Assembly: GCF_003018235.1 (NCBI RefSeq)
Contig: NZ_CP027437.1
Length of the DNA stretch: 64,000 nt
Direction: 5' to 3' (one strand)
Source of the DNA: Escherichia coli
GTDB lineage: Bacteria > Pseudomonadota > Gammaproteobacteria > Enterobacterales > Enterobacteriaceae
Shown piece by piece: positions 8,982 through 22,463 of this stretch. Both the position numbers and the translations under genes were made by a program. Numbering within the stretch: the first letter of the stretch is position 1; the number at the start of each line of letters is the position of its first letter. The notes beneath the pieces were generated by a model. It was not told where the DNA came from. It searched no databases and saw only the letters and a list, made by a program, of their open reading frames with translations.

Positions 8982-10373
8982 TTACTGTTTTTCTGGTGGG
9001 AAAATCAGATTCAGCACGATGGCAGTAATACCGCCTGCGGCGATCCCGGAGGAGAGCAGGTTTTTCAGCCACTCAGGGGCAAACTGCAAAATCAGCGGCT
9101 GCTGAGACACGCCCAAACCGACCGCCAGCGACAGCGCGATAATCAGAATCGCCCGACGGTTCAGCGGCTCACGAGAAACAATGCGCACACCGGAGGCGGC
9201 GATGGTGCCAAACATTACAAGCGTTGCGCCGCCCAGAACCGGTTCAGGAATGTGTTGTACAAAACCGCTCACTGCCGGGAACAGACCCAGCACGATCAAC
9301 ATCAGCGCGACGACAAAACCGACATAGCGGCTGGCAACACCGGTTAACTGGATCACTCCGTTGTTCTGCCCGAAGCAGGAGTTCGGGAAGGTGTTAAATA
9401 CCGCCGAAACAAACGAGTTCAGGCCGTTTGCCAGCACGCCGCCTTTCAGGCGTTTCATGTACAGCGGACCGGACACTGGCTGTTCGGAAACGTCAGAGGT
9501 CGCCGTGATATCGCCAATGGTTTCCAGCGAAGTGATCATAAAGACCAGCATCAGCGGCAGCAGCAGACTCCATTCAATGCCAAGGCCGTAATAGAGCGGC
9601 GTTGGTACCATAATCAGTTCTTGCGTCATCGGTTCGTTGCTTTCTGGCAACATGCCCATAAACCACGCCAGCGCATATCCGGCCGCCATCGCAATCACCA
9701 GTGAGGCCACGCGTAAGTAAGGGTTACGTTGACGGTTAAGCAGGATAATTAAGGCTAAAACCACGCCTGCCAGCAGCAGATTTTTCGGTGCGCCGAAGGT
9801 GTTATCGCTCATGGCTGCGTAACCGCCGCCAATGGAGGTCAGCCCCACCTGAATTAGCGACAGGCCGATAATCATCACCACAACGCCAGAAACCAGCGGC
9901 GTAATAATGCGGCGCGCCAGATGCAGAACGCGGGAGATCACCATCTCGGTGCAACTTGCCAGCATCAACGTGCCAAACAAAGCCGCCATCATGGTAGGAA
10001 CATCAGCACCACCGGTTTTCAGCGCGGTACCGCCCATAATCAGCGGGGCAACAAAGTTGAAGCTGGTGCCCTGAATAGACAACAGCCCGGAGCCAACCGG
10101 ACCCCAGGCCTTAATTTGAATAATCGATGCCACACCGGAGGCAAACAGCGACATACTAATAATGTGTTGCGTGTCTTGTGCCGGTAAACCCAGCGCCTGG
10201 CAGATTAATAGCGCTGGCGTGATCACCGCAACGAACATCGCCAGCAAATGCTGACAGGCGGCAAACAGAGTTTGAGGAAGCGGCGGACGATCTTCAAGAC
10301 GGTAAATCAGTTCGCTGTTTTGAGTCTGCGCAACCGGTTGCGCATTTTCTGACTCGAGGGTGGAAACAGACAT
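8982..10373 (-). CDS. xanP: Xanthine permease (NCS2 family)
   Basis: 463 aa from [16 protein letters not shown]; matches remembered XanP/YicE sequence. Confidence 0.9.
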
Positions 10374-10651
10374 CGAAAACAATCCCGTGGTAGCAAAGCG
10401 GGCATTTTAGCTGACCGAAAGAGAAAAGCAAACGTTTGCCACATCCTCATCTAAATATTTAAATGAGATAAATGCACTTTTTTATATAACTTTTGGTATT
10501 TTTCTGCTTAAAATCCATGCCATTTGTTCATTAACAGCTGAGAATTTGACCCAGGAAAGCATAACTCGATACCCGTCATAGTTCATAAGTTGCCACTGCG
10601 CGATGAAGTATGACGAGTATGAAAGAGTGATGCGGATACAAAGGAGTAACT

Positions 10652-11857
10652 ATGTTTCATCTCGATACTTTAGCAACGCTTGTTGCCGCAACGCTGACGT
10701 TGCTGCTCGGGCGTAAGTTGGTCCATTCCGTCTCCTTTTTGAAGAAATACACCATACCGGAACCTGTTGCGGGTGGTTTGTTGGTGGCGTTAGCGCTACT
10801 GGTACTGAAAAAAAGCATGGGCTGGGAAGTCAACTTTGATATGTCCCTGCGCGATCCGTTAATGCTGGCATTCTTCGCCACCATTGGCCTGAACGCCAAC
10901 ATTGCCAGTTTGCGTGCCGGTGGGCGTGTGGTTGGCATCTTCTTGATTGTGGTTGTTGGTCTGTTGGTGATGCAAAATGCCATTGGCATTGGTATGGCTA
11001 GCCTGTTAGGGCTTGATCCGCTGATGGGGCTGTTGGCCGGTTCTATTACGCTTTCCGGCGGTCACGGTACGGGCGCTGCGTGGAGTAAATTGTTCATTGA
11101 ACGCTATGGCTTCACCAATGCGACGGAAGTGGCGATGGCCTGTGCGACGTTTGGTCTGGTGCTGGGCGGCTTGATTGGCGGTCCGGTAGCGCGCTATCTG
11201 GTGAAACACTCCACCACGCCGAACGGTATTCCGGATGACCAGGAAGTCCCGACGGCGTTCGAAAAGCCGGATGTGGGCCGCATGATCACCTCGCTGGTGC
11301 TGATTGAAACTATCGCGCTGATTGCTATCTGCCTGACGGTGGGGAAAATTGTTGCGCAACTTTTGGCTGGCACTGCTTTTGAACTGCCGACCTTCGTCTG
11401 TGTACTGTTTGTTGGCGTGATTCTGAGCAACGGTCTGTCAATGATGGGCTTTTACCGCGTCTTTGAGCGTGCGGTATCCGTGCTGGGTAACGTAAGCCTG
11501 TCGTTGTTCTTGGCGATGGCGCTGATGGGGCTGAAATTATGGGAGCTGGCTTCGCTGGCGCTGCCGATGCTGGCGATTCTGGTGGTACAGACCATCTTCA
11601 TGGCGCTGTATGCCATCTTCGTTACCTGGCGCATGATGGGCAAAAACTACGATGCGGCAGTGCTGGCTGCGGGTCACTGTGGTTTTGGCCTCGGTGCAAC
11701 GCCAACGGCAATCGCCAACATGCAGGCGATCACTGAACGTTTTGGCCCGTCGCACATGGCCTTCCTGGTCGTGCCGATGGTCGGTGCGTTCTTTATTGAT
11801 ATCGTTAACGCGCTGGTGATTAAGCTGTATTTGATGTTGCCGATTTTTGCCGGTTAA
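10652..11857 (+). CDS. gltS: Sodium/glutamate symporter
   Basis: 401 aa, polytopic membrane protein; matches GltS. Confidence 0.9.
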   Translation: MFHLDTLATLVAATLTLLLGRKLVHSVSFLKKYTIPEPVAGGLLVALALLVLKKSMGWEVNFDMSLRDPLMLAFFATIGLNANIASLRAGGRVVGIFLIVVVGLLVMQNAIGIGMASLLGLDPLMGLLAGSITLSGGHGTGAAWSKLFIERYGFTNATEVAMACATFGLVLGGLIGGPVARYLVKHSTTPNGIPDDQEVPTAFEKPDVGRMITSLVLIETIALIAICLTVGKIVAQLLAGTAFELPTFVCVLFVGVILSNGLSMMGFYRVFERAVSVLGNVSLSLFLAMALMGLKLWELASLALPMLAILVVQTIFMALYAIFVTWRMMGKNYDAAVLAAGHCGFGLGATPTAIANMQAITERFGPSHMAFLVVPMVGAFFIDIVNALVIKLYLMLPIFAG

Positions 11858-11859
11858 AA

Positions 11860-12726
11860 ATGAAAAAGCGTCGGAAGGAACCGGAAACGCTACGTGAACA
11901 CTGTCGCCATATTTTTGGTGACGAGCCGCCAGTGCTCTGTGTATGGGAAACGGAATTTGATTACGCAGATGCCGAACTCAAGGCGCTGGCGGCTAAAGAG
12001 TGGCAACAGATAGGCGAATGGGATTTGAGTGCTTACTATGTACTCAATCTCGTTTATAACGAACCGATGCAAATAGAGCTGTTTCGCTATCTGTTTCCGC
12101 TATGCCTGGCGCAATGGCATGAAACCGTTTTAGCTGGCGGTTATGGTGATCACTTCGAAGAATCCTTAATGAAGGCATTGCGTCGGCCCTATCTCTGGCA
12201 GGAGATGATGAATGCTTCCCAACGCCAGCAGGTACGGCAATTTTTACTGGAAACCGCGTTGCAGCGTATGGATAACGAGCGTGGTTTCAATAATGTTCTT
12301 TGCTGGCTGGCGGTGTTCAATACTCTGGGCGGGGCCGCGCCGTTAATTCATTCTCTCTGGTCACGCTGGTGGGCACTGGATACGCCGGGAAAAGCGGTGT
12401 GTGCTATTCAGTATGCCGCGCATCTAATTTATCCCATAGAAGCCAATCCGTTATGGTCGCAAGAATGGTTAGGCTGGGGGCATCCATTAGGTCATAAAGA
12501 TGGCTGGTCCTCTGAGAATCGCGCTTTTCTTCGCCAAATGTTAACACCTGAAATGATTGTGGCTGGCGTACAGGCAGCGGCTGAAATTCTGCGTGGTGAA
12601 CCGGAAGGCGCAATGGCGGCGCGAATTGCGCAGGATGCGTATGAGGCAATGGATATCATCACTATCCAGATTGAAGATTTACTGCGTGACTTGTCTTGCG
12701 ATGAGTCAGGTCATGCGTTGGAGTAA
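11860..12726 (+). CDS. Hypothetical protein, unknown function (Trp-rich, soluble)
   Basis: 288-aa ORF starting 3 nt after gltS stop; 3' end overlaps recG 3' end on opposite strand; no family recognised by eye; absent from K-12 at this position as far as I recall. Confidence 0.55.
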   Translation: MKKRRKEPETLREHCRHIFGDEPPVLCVWETEFDYADAELKALAAKEWQQIGEWDLSAYYVLNLVYNEPMQIELFRYLFPLCLAQWHETVLAGGYGDHFEESLMKALRRPYLWQEMMNASQRQQVRQFLLETALQRMDNERGFNNVLCWLAVFNTLGGAAPLIHSLWSRWWALDTPGKAVCAIQYAAHLIYPIEANPLWSQEWLGWGHPLGHKDGWSSENRAFLRQMLTPEMIVAGVQAAAEILRGEPEGAMAARIAQDAYEAMDIITIQIEDLLRDLSCDESGHALE

Positions 12727-14792
12727 CGTTCCGTTTCCGGCATCCAGCGTTCTATCAGGGCTTTTGCCTGTTGTGGGTAACGTTCGTGAATATGTCGCGC
12801 CAGGCGCTGAACTTCCGGGATCATCGCCTGATCGCGCAGTAAATCCGCCACTTTAAACTCAGCATTACCCGTCTGACGCGTACCTAACAGTTCACCCGGT
12901 CCGCGAATCTCTAAGTCTTTCTGTGCAATCACAAAACCGTCGTTGCTGTCGCGCAGTACCTGCAGGCGAATTTGCGCCGTTTTAGAGAGCGGTGTTTTGT
13001 AGAGCAACACGCAGTGAGAAGCCACCGCACCACGACCTACACGCCCGCGAAGCTGGTGCAACTGCGCCAGACCCAGACGCTCCGGGTTTTCGATAATCAT
13101 CAGGCTGGCGTTAGGCACATCAACGCCGACTTCAATAACGGTAGTGGCAACCAGCAGGTGTAACTCGCCTTGTTTAAATGATGCCATGACGGCCTGCTTC
13201 TCGGCTGGTTTCATCCGTCCGTGTACCAGACCAACATTCAACTCTGGTAGCGCCAGTTTCAACTCTTCCCAGGTAGCTTCCGCCGCCTGCGCTTCCAGTA
13301 ACTCTGACTCTTCAATGAGTGTGCACACCCAGTACGCCTGACGCCCTTCAGTCATACAGGCGTGGCGCACGCGGTCAATGATGTCGGTACGGCGAGTATC
13401 AGGAATAGCGACCGTAGTCACTGGCGTGCGGCCTGGCGGCAGTTCATCAATGACCGAGGTGTCGAGATCAGCATACGCAGTCATCGCCAGCGTGCGGGGG
13501 ATCGGCGTGGCGGTCATGATCAACTGATGAGGATGGAAGCCTTGCTGCTGGCCTTTCTCCCATAACGCCAGACGCTGATGCACGCCAAAACGATGCTGTT
13601 CGTCGATAATCACCAGCGCCAGGCCGTTAAACTGCACCTGTTCCTGGAAGATGGCGTGTGTTCCGACAATCATCTGCACCTGACCGCTGGCGATGGCTTC
13701 CTGCTGTGCCAGCCGCGCTTTACCTTTCTGCTTACCGGCGAGCCAGCCCACTTCGATACCGAGCGGTGCAAACCAGTTACGGAAGTTATTGGCGTGCTGT
13801 TCGGCGAGTAATTCGGTTGGTGCCATCAATGCCACCTGTTTGCCGTGGGCAATCGCACGCAGCGCGGCGAGGGCAGCGACCAGCGTTTTACCGGAACCTA
13901 CATCGCCCTGTACCAGGCGCATCATCGGCGCATCCAGCGCCATATCGCGCTCGATCTCCGCCACCACGCGTGCCTGTGCGCCCGTTGGCTTGAACGGTAA
14001 GGCTGCGAGGAGTTTATTTTTCAGCGCGTCATTGGCGCTAAGCGGCTGGGCATGGAAACGTTGTGCACCAGCGCGTAACGCCAACATGCTGAGGTTGTGC
14101 GCAAGCAGTTCTTCCAGAATCAGACGGCGTTGTGCTGGATGCTGCCCGGTTTCGAGATCGCTAAGCTGTAGCGTCGGCGGCGGGCGGTGCAAAGTGCGCA
14201 ACGCTTCCGGTAGCGTCATCATTCCTTGTGACAGTTCCGGCGGCAGGAGTTCTTCAATGGCGCAGGTGTCGAGCAGATCCAGCGCCTGGTCGGTTAATTT
14301 ACGCAGCGTGGCCTGCTTTACGCCTTCGGTTGTTGGATAAACCGGCGTAAGCGTTTCCTGCAACTCTGGCGTACTGAGATCGCCCTGCACGCGGTATTCC
14401 GGGTGGATCATCTCCGCGCCATATTTACCGCGCTTTACTTCTCCATAGGCCAGCACGCGGCGGCCCGTCGCCAGGCTATTTTTCATTGCCGCGTTGAAGT
14501 TGAAAAAGCGCATGGTGAGAATGCCGGAACCGTCGCTGATCTGGCAGGTCATCATCCGCCGACCGCCGAAGGAGATATTGCAGTTCAGCACTTCGCCTTC
14601 CACCGTGGCATAAACGCCCGGTAGTAGTTCTCCGATGGGGTAGAGATGGGTGCGATCTTCGTAGCGCAGGGGAAGGTGTAAGAGTAGATCCTGCACGGTA
14701 TGCAGGTTGATTTTCGCCAGCTTGTTACTGAGCGCTGCGCCAACGCCCGTTAGGGAACTGAGCGGGACAGCATCTAACAGGCGACCTTTCAT
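12711..14792 (-). CDS. recG: ATP-dependent DNA helicase RecG
   Basis: 693 aa from MKGRLLDAVPLSSLTGVG; helicase motifs GDVGSGKT, DEQHRFG. Confidence 0.95.
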   Translation of the reverse strand: MKGRLLDAVPLSSLTGVGAALSNKLAKINLHTVQDLLLHLPLRYEDRTHLYPIGELLPGVYATVEGEVLNCNISFGGRRMMTCQISDGSGILTMRFFNFNAAMKNSLATGRRVLAYGEVKRGKYGAEMIHPEYRVQGDLSTPELQETLTPVYPTTEGVKQATLRKLTDQALDLLDTCAIEELLPPELSQGMMTLPEALRTLHRPPPTLQLSDLETGQHPAQRRLILEELLAHNLSMLALRAGAQRFHAQPLSANDALKNKLLAALPFKPTGAQARVVAEIERDMALDAPMMRLVQGDVGSGKTLVAALAALRAIAHGKQVALMAPTELLAEQHANNFRNWFAPLGIEVGWLAGKQKGKARLAQQEAIASGQVQMIVGTHAIFQEQVQFNGLALVIIDEQHRFGVHQRLALWEKGQQQGFHPHQLIMTATPIPRTLAMTAYADLDTSVIDELPPGRTPVTTVAIPDTRRTDIIDRVRHACMTEGRQAYWVCTLIEESELLEAQAAEATWEELKLALPELNVGLVHGRMKPAEKQAVMASFKQGELHLLVATTVIEVGVDVPNASLMIIENPERLGLAQLHQLRGRVGRGAVASHCVLLYKTPLSKTAQIRLQVLRDSNDGFVIAQKDLEIRGPGELLGTRQTGNAEFKVADLLRDQAMIPEVQRLARHIHERYPQQAKALIERWMPETERYSNA

Positions 14793-14797
14793 GGCAC

Positions 14798-15487
14798 TTA
14801 TCCTGCAGCCTGCATGGTAGCCCACCAGTCGGCATCAGCTTCGATCTCGCCTTGCTGATTGACGTGGGGGTAAGGCAGGCCTTTGCGTTTTGCGACTTTC
14901 GCCAGCACCGGATAGCCGCCTTCAAACAACAGGCGTTGTTGCTCTGCTTCCGGCAACATGCTGTTTTCACGCAGGTACATGCCCGCATTTTGCCGCTGGC
15001 GCTGGGCTTCGTAAAGAATGAGGGCTGAGGCAACGGAAACATTCAGCGATTGCACCATGCCAATCATCGGAATGATGATGTCCCGATCCGCCAGGGCCAA
15101 CGCTTCCTGCGTGATGCCTGTTTTCTCCTGTCCCATCAAAATACAGGTCGGGCGAGTGTAATCAATTTCGCGGAAATCGACAGCGTTATCAGAAAGATGG
15201 GTTGCAAGAATCTGCATGCCCTGGCCTTTCAGATGAGCGACGGCATCGCCAATGGTGCGGTGCGTTTTCACCTGTACCCAGCTGTTACTACCCGCAGCTG
15301 CCGAAGCCATGGTGCGCATCCGGCTGCCAGGCCAGACGGCATGAACTTCATGTACACCAACGGCATCTGCGGTACGAATAATCGCAGAAACGTTATGAGG
15401 TTTATGGACCTGCTCCATGCAGACGGTCAGATCAGGCTGCCGCCTGGTGAGCATTTCGCAGATGCGTGCATAACGTGTTGGGTTCAT
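14798..15487 (-). CDS. trmH: tRNA (guanosine18-2'-O)-methyltransferase
   Basis: 229 aa SpoU-family methyltransferase; spoT operon synteny. Confidence 0.9.
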   Translation of the reverse strand: MNPTRYARICEMLTRRQPDLTVCMEQVHKPHNVSAIIRTADAVGVHEVHAVWPGSRMRTMASAAAGSNSWVQVKTHRTIGDAVAHLKGQGMQILATHLSDNAVDFREIDYTRPTCILMGQEKTGITQEALALADRDIIIPMIGMVQSLNVSVASALILYEAQRQRQNAGMYLRENSMLPEAEQQRLLFEGGYPVLAKVAKRKGLPYPHVNQQGEIEADADWWATMQAAG

Positions 15488-15493
15488 AAAACA

Positions 15494-17602
15494 TTAATTT
15501 CGGTTTCGGGTGACTTTAATCACGTCTGGCATCACGCGGATTTTGCGCATGATATTCGCCAGATGCACACGGTCACGAGCGGTCAGACGAATAAAGGCGC
15601 TGTAGACGCGACCATCTTTCTCTTCCGTATTCAAACTTTGAATATTCGAGGTGGTGGTGTTAATTGCCGCCGTCAGGTTTGCCAGCGCACCCTGATGATT
15701 GAACATCTCCACCTTGATTTCGGTGATGAACTCCTGCGCCGTCTCTTTATCCCATTCCACAGCCATAAACTTCTCTGGCTCTTTCTGGTAGCCACGGATG
15801 TTACGGCAGGATTCATGGTGGATCACCAGACCTTTACCGGGGCTGACGTGGGCGATAATCGGGTCGCCAGGAATAGGGCGGCAGCATTTCGCAAAGGTGA
15901 TCAGCACGCCATCGGCACCTTTAATGGGCAGATGTCCGTGACTTTGGGTTGCCGGTGGAATGGAGGCGTCCCCATGTTGCAGATTTTTCGCGACCACCAC
16001 GCTCATTGCGTTACCAAGGCCGATTTCAGCCAGCAGATCGTCAAGCGTTGCCAGCTTCATGCGGTCCAGCTCGCGCTGAATATTTTCCTGCGGGATTTCA
16101 TTGAGCTTGCGGCTGCCACCCAACGCATGGTTGAGCAGACGACGGCCCAGGCTTACAGAATCATCACGCTTGAGGTTTTTCAGCAATTGACGAATTTTGG
16201 CGCGCGCTTTCGAGCTAACGACAAAGTTCAGCCACGCGGCATTCGGGCGAGCGCCAGGTGCGGTAATAATTTCAACGGTTTGACCGCTGGTAAGCGGCTG
16301 CGACAGCGGGTAAGGCTGGCGGTCGACGCGTGCGCCCACGCAGGCATGACCGATATCGGTATGCACCGCATAAGCGAAGTCGACGGGCGTTGCACCGGCA
16401 GGCAGCTCTACAATGCGCCCTTCCGGTGTGAAAACGTAAATTTCATCCGGGAAGAGATCGGATTTAACGCTCTCGATAAATTCAAACGAGCTACCGGCAC
16501 TCTGTTGCAGCTCCAGCAGGCTTTGCATCCAGCGCTGGGCGCGGATTTGTGCGGTAGTACTGGTTTCGCCGTGCTCTTTATAAGCCCAGTGCGCGGCAAC
16601 ACCCATCTCTGCCATCTGATCCATATCTTCGGTACGGATCTGGACCTCAACCGGCACGCCGTGCGGGCCAATCATCGAGGTGTGCAAAGACTGATAGCCG
16701 TTCGCTTTTGGAATGGCGATGTAGTCTTTCACGCGACCCGGACGCGGCTTGTACAGGCTATGCATTTGCCCGAGCACGCGATAACAGGTGTCGGAATCAT
16801 TGACGATCACGCGGAAGGCGTAGATGTCCATGATTGAGTGAAAACGCTGCTCTTTGAGCACCATTTTGCAGTAGATCGAATAAAGATGCTTTTCGCGACC
16901 ACTGACGCGGCACGGTATTCCCGCTTCCTGCAAACGCCCTTCGATTTCAGAAAGAATCTTCTGGATCATCTCTTTACGGTTGCCGCGCGCGGCTTTCACC
17001 ACTTCTTTAATTACGCGATAACGGTTGGGATACAGCGCCTCAAAACCCAGCTCTTCGAGTTCGGTTTTAATGTGGTGGATACCTAAACGGTGCGCCAGCG
17101 GGCTGTAAATTTCGAGTGTTTCACGGGCGATGCGGCGACGTTTGTCCGGGCGAAGTGAGCCCAGCGTGCGCATGTTGTGGGTACGGTCGGCAAGTTTGAT
17201 GAGAATGACGCGGATATCCTGCACCATCGCCATAATCATCTTGCGAAAGTTTTCGGCCTGCGCCTCTTTCTTATCGCGGAACTTGAGCTTATCAAGTTTC
17301 GACACCCCCTCTACCAGCTCGGCGACGCTTTTACCAAAAAGCTGTTCCATGTCCTGGTAGGTGGCGGGAGTATCTTCAATCACGTCATGCAGCAGTGCCG
17401 CCATTAGCGTTTCATAGTCGAGTTTCATCTCGGCCAGAATGCAGGCAACCGCCACCGGGTGCGTGATATAGGGTTCACCGCTTGAACGTGTTTGCCCCTC
17501 GTGAGCATCACGTGCAACGAGATACGCCTGCCGCAGACGCTTGATTTGGTCTTCCGGCAGGTAGGTTTGAATCAGTTGATTCAGGCTTTCAAACAGATAC
17601 AA
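15494..17602 (-). CDS. spoT: Bifunctional (p)ppGpp synthase/hydrolase SpoT
   Basis: 702 aa; HD domain, RelA/SpoT, TGS and ACT regions recognisable. Confidence 0.95.
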   Translation of the reverse strand: MYLFESLNQLIQTYLPEDQIKRLRQAYLVARDAHEGQTRSSGEPYITHPVAVACILAEMKLDYETLMAALLHDVIEDTPATYQDMEQLFGKSVAELVEGVSKLDKLKFRDKKEAQAENFRKMIMAMVQDIRVILIKLADRTHNMRTLGSLRPDKRRRIARETLEIYSPLAHRLGIHHIKTELEELGFEALYPNRYRVIKEVVKAARGNRKEMIQKILSEIEGRLQEAGIPCRVSGREKHLYSIYCKMVLKEQRFHSIMDIYAFRVIVNDSDTCYRVLGQMHSLYKPRPGRVKDYIAIPKANGYQSLHTSMIGPHGVPVEVQIRTEDMDQMAEMGVAAHWAYKEHGETSTTAQIRAQRWMQSLLELQQSAGSSFEFIESVKSDLFPDEIYVFTPEGRIVELPAGATPVDFAYAVHTDIGHACVGARVDRQPYPLSQPLTSGQTVEIITAPGARPNAAWLNFVVSSKARAKIRQLLKNLKRDDSVSLGRRLLNHALGGSRKLNEIPQENIQRELDRMKLATLDDLLAEIGLGNAMSVVVAKNLQHGDASIPPATQSHGHLPIKGADGVLITFAKCCRPIPGDPIIAHVSPGKGLVIHHESCRNIRGYQKEPEKFMAVEWDKETAQEFITEIKVEMFNHQGALANLTAAINTTTSNIQSLNTEEKDGRVYSAFIRLTARDRVHLANIMRKIRVMPDVIKVTRNRN

Positions 17603-17620
17603 GGGCGACCCGCTTTGTGA

Positions 17621-17896
17621 TTAACGACGACCTTCAGCAATAGCGGTAACGGCTTGTAATTCAGCGGCTTCCTGCTCTTGCTGTTCCTGGCGTTCGCGAA
17701 CGTCGAGGATCTGGTTGTTGATCAGACCTTCTTCGATTTCGCGCAGCGCAATTACAGTGGTTTTATCGTTTTCTTCCGGTACCAGCGGATCCTTTCCGCC
17801 TACCTGCATCTGACGAGCGCGACGCGCGGCGACCAGTACCAGGTCAAAACGGTTACCAATTTTCTCTACAGCGTCCTGAACAGTTACGCGTGCCAT
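17621..17896 (-). CDS. rpoZ: RNA polymerase omega subunit
   Basis: 91 aa [29 protein letters not shown]. Confidence 0.95.
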
Positions 17897-17950
17897 ACTT
17901 AAAAAGCTCCACAGGTGAAGAAATGACTGGGCATGATACTGAAATCAGGT

Positions 17951-18738
<788 letters not shown>

Positions 18739-18739
18739 C

Positions 18740-21128
<2,389 letters not shown>

Positions 21129-21418
21129 GGTTCTCTCCCTAAAAATCTGTCTGGCAGGGTAGCGATTTGTGCGCATTGTCACGATTGAGATTTTTTAAGG
21201 TGAGAGGGAATTGATAATTTTTAGTTATGTGAAATCGTTGTTTTCTGTAGCGTAGATGCATTCTTCTGACTTCTTGTCTGAGAAAATGCATAAGAAAAAG
21301 TAGGTTAAAACTGAGAGGTGGAAAAGAAAGGTGCAATGTTAGCCATTGTGTTCACTGCACCTGGACCTTGGCTTACGCATCGGGTGTCTCAATCATCAAA
21401 AAGAGTTTTTAGTTTCGG

Positions 21419-22243
21419 CTATTTTTTCTCTGTAATTTTTACACTGTTTTCCAACTGCTTGATGCTGATCTGCGGGGTCGGCAACTCCTCAGGCATGGTT
21501 CCGCCAAGTTCCTGAATGGTTTGCCTCACCTTGCGACCCACGTCAAAGTGTGTGGTGTTAGCTTGCTGTTTTGAATTCACGCCATCCCGCTTGAGTTTTT
21601 CTTCTGTTTGGGTAGCTCGAAAGAGATTAGCCGCCAGTTCTGTTGAACCCATATGATCCAGGATCTTCTGACTCTTTTTCAGCCCCTTCCGCTGATGGAT
21701 GGCTTTCTGATCTAATCCACCATACAGCCCCCGGTAACCATGATTCTGAAATATGGCGAAATCGATAGCTGTCGCTACCCCAGCTTGCTGCGCTGCCTCA
21801 ACTAATTGTTTGTTATGTTCTTTCAACTCATTTCTCAGAAAAAGACGCTTTTCGTCTTCACGAAGTTGCCTGAAAGCTTCATCGTCAGCCAGCTCCTGTC
21901 GTCGGGTCTGGATAGCAAAATAAGTTTGCCCTGCCGCAATAACCGGTTTCGCAGGGTCGCCGTTTTGTACTACCAGGTAACAGGCATAGCGGGAGAGTAC
22001 GATGTCTTTTAATGCTCTTTTGGCATTTGAGCCAATTTTGACCATATCGAGGATCTCCTCGAAATGGTCATCAATTGTGTGACCACTATTCAGACAAGCT
22101 TCTTTGGCGCGCGTTAATACAGGTATAAAGTGACGATACTCTGAATAACCCAGTAGTTTCCCAAGTTGTCTTGCTGACCATTGTTCTGCTCCGTTTGCAT
22201 TAATCAGCTTTATCTCTTCAAAAGGTTGATGATGTTCGTTCAT
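21419..22243 (-). CDS. dinD: DNA-damage-inducible protein D
   Basis: 274 aa from MNEHHQPFEEIKL; LexA box upstream. Confidence 0.85.
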   Translation of the reverse strand: MNEHHQPFEEIKLINANGAEQWSARQLGKLLGYSEYRHFIPVLTRAKEACLNSGHTIDDHFEEILDMVKIGSNAKRALKDIVLSRYACYLVVQNGDPAKPVIAAGQTYFAIQTRRQELADDEAFRQLREDEKRLFLRNELKEHNKQLVEAAQQAGVATAIDFAIFQNHGYRGLYGGLDQKAIHQRKGLKKSQKILDHMGSTELAANLFRATQTEEKLKRDGVNSKQQANTTHFDVGRKVRQTIQELGGTMPEELPTPQISIKQLENSVKITEKK

Positions 22244-22288
22244 TGCCCACTCCATGTGATATCGATTGCAAGGAAAGTAAGTCTAAAA

Positions 22289-22304
22289 CTGTGTTTATAT
22301 ACAG
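22289..22304. promoter_or_regulatory. LexA (SOS) box CTGTGTTTATATACAG in dinD promoter
   Basis: CTG-N10-CAG palindrome with AT-rich core about 45 bp upstream of dinD start. Confidence 0.6.
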
Positions 22305-22463
22305 TTGTGAGTATCTCACGTTCTCACTGCGCTGGGCAAAAAAACATCGCAAAATCTGGAGCAGGCACGCAAAACAGAATTGAAGTTGCGGGGAAGAAAA
22401 ATGCCGCTCTGTTTGAGTGGGCGGCATTTGTGAAGGCTGAAAAGTAAGAATTGGCGTTACGAG

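Noticed and set aside
13693-14340. 215-aa ORF on the + strand
   Set aside because: Antisense within recG; Ser/Ala/Arg-rich low-complexity translation.
15050-16837. 595-aa ORF on the + strand
   Set aside because: Fully antisense to spoT; no SD or start context, and the composition is a mirror of the spoT coding strand. Shadow ORF.
21139-21515. Two about 65-aa ORFs in the yicG-dinD intergenic region
   Set aside because: No SD, overlap the dinD 3' end, and hydrophobic low-complexity translation; more likely promoter or terminator DNA.
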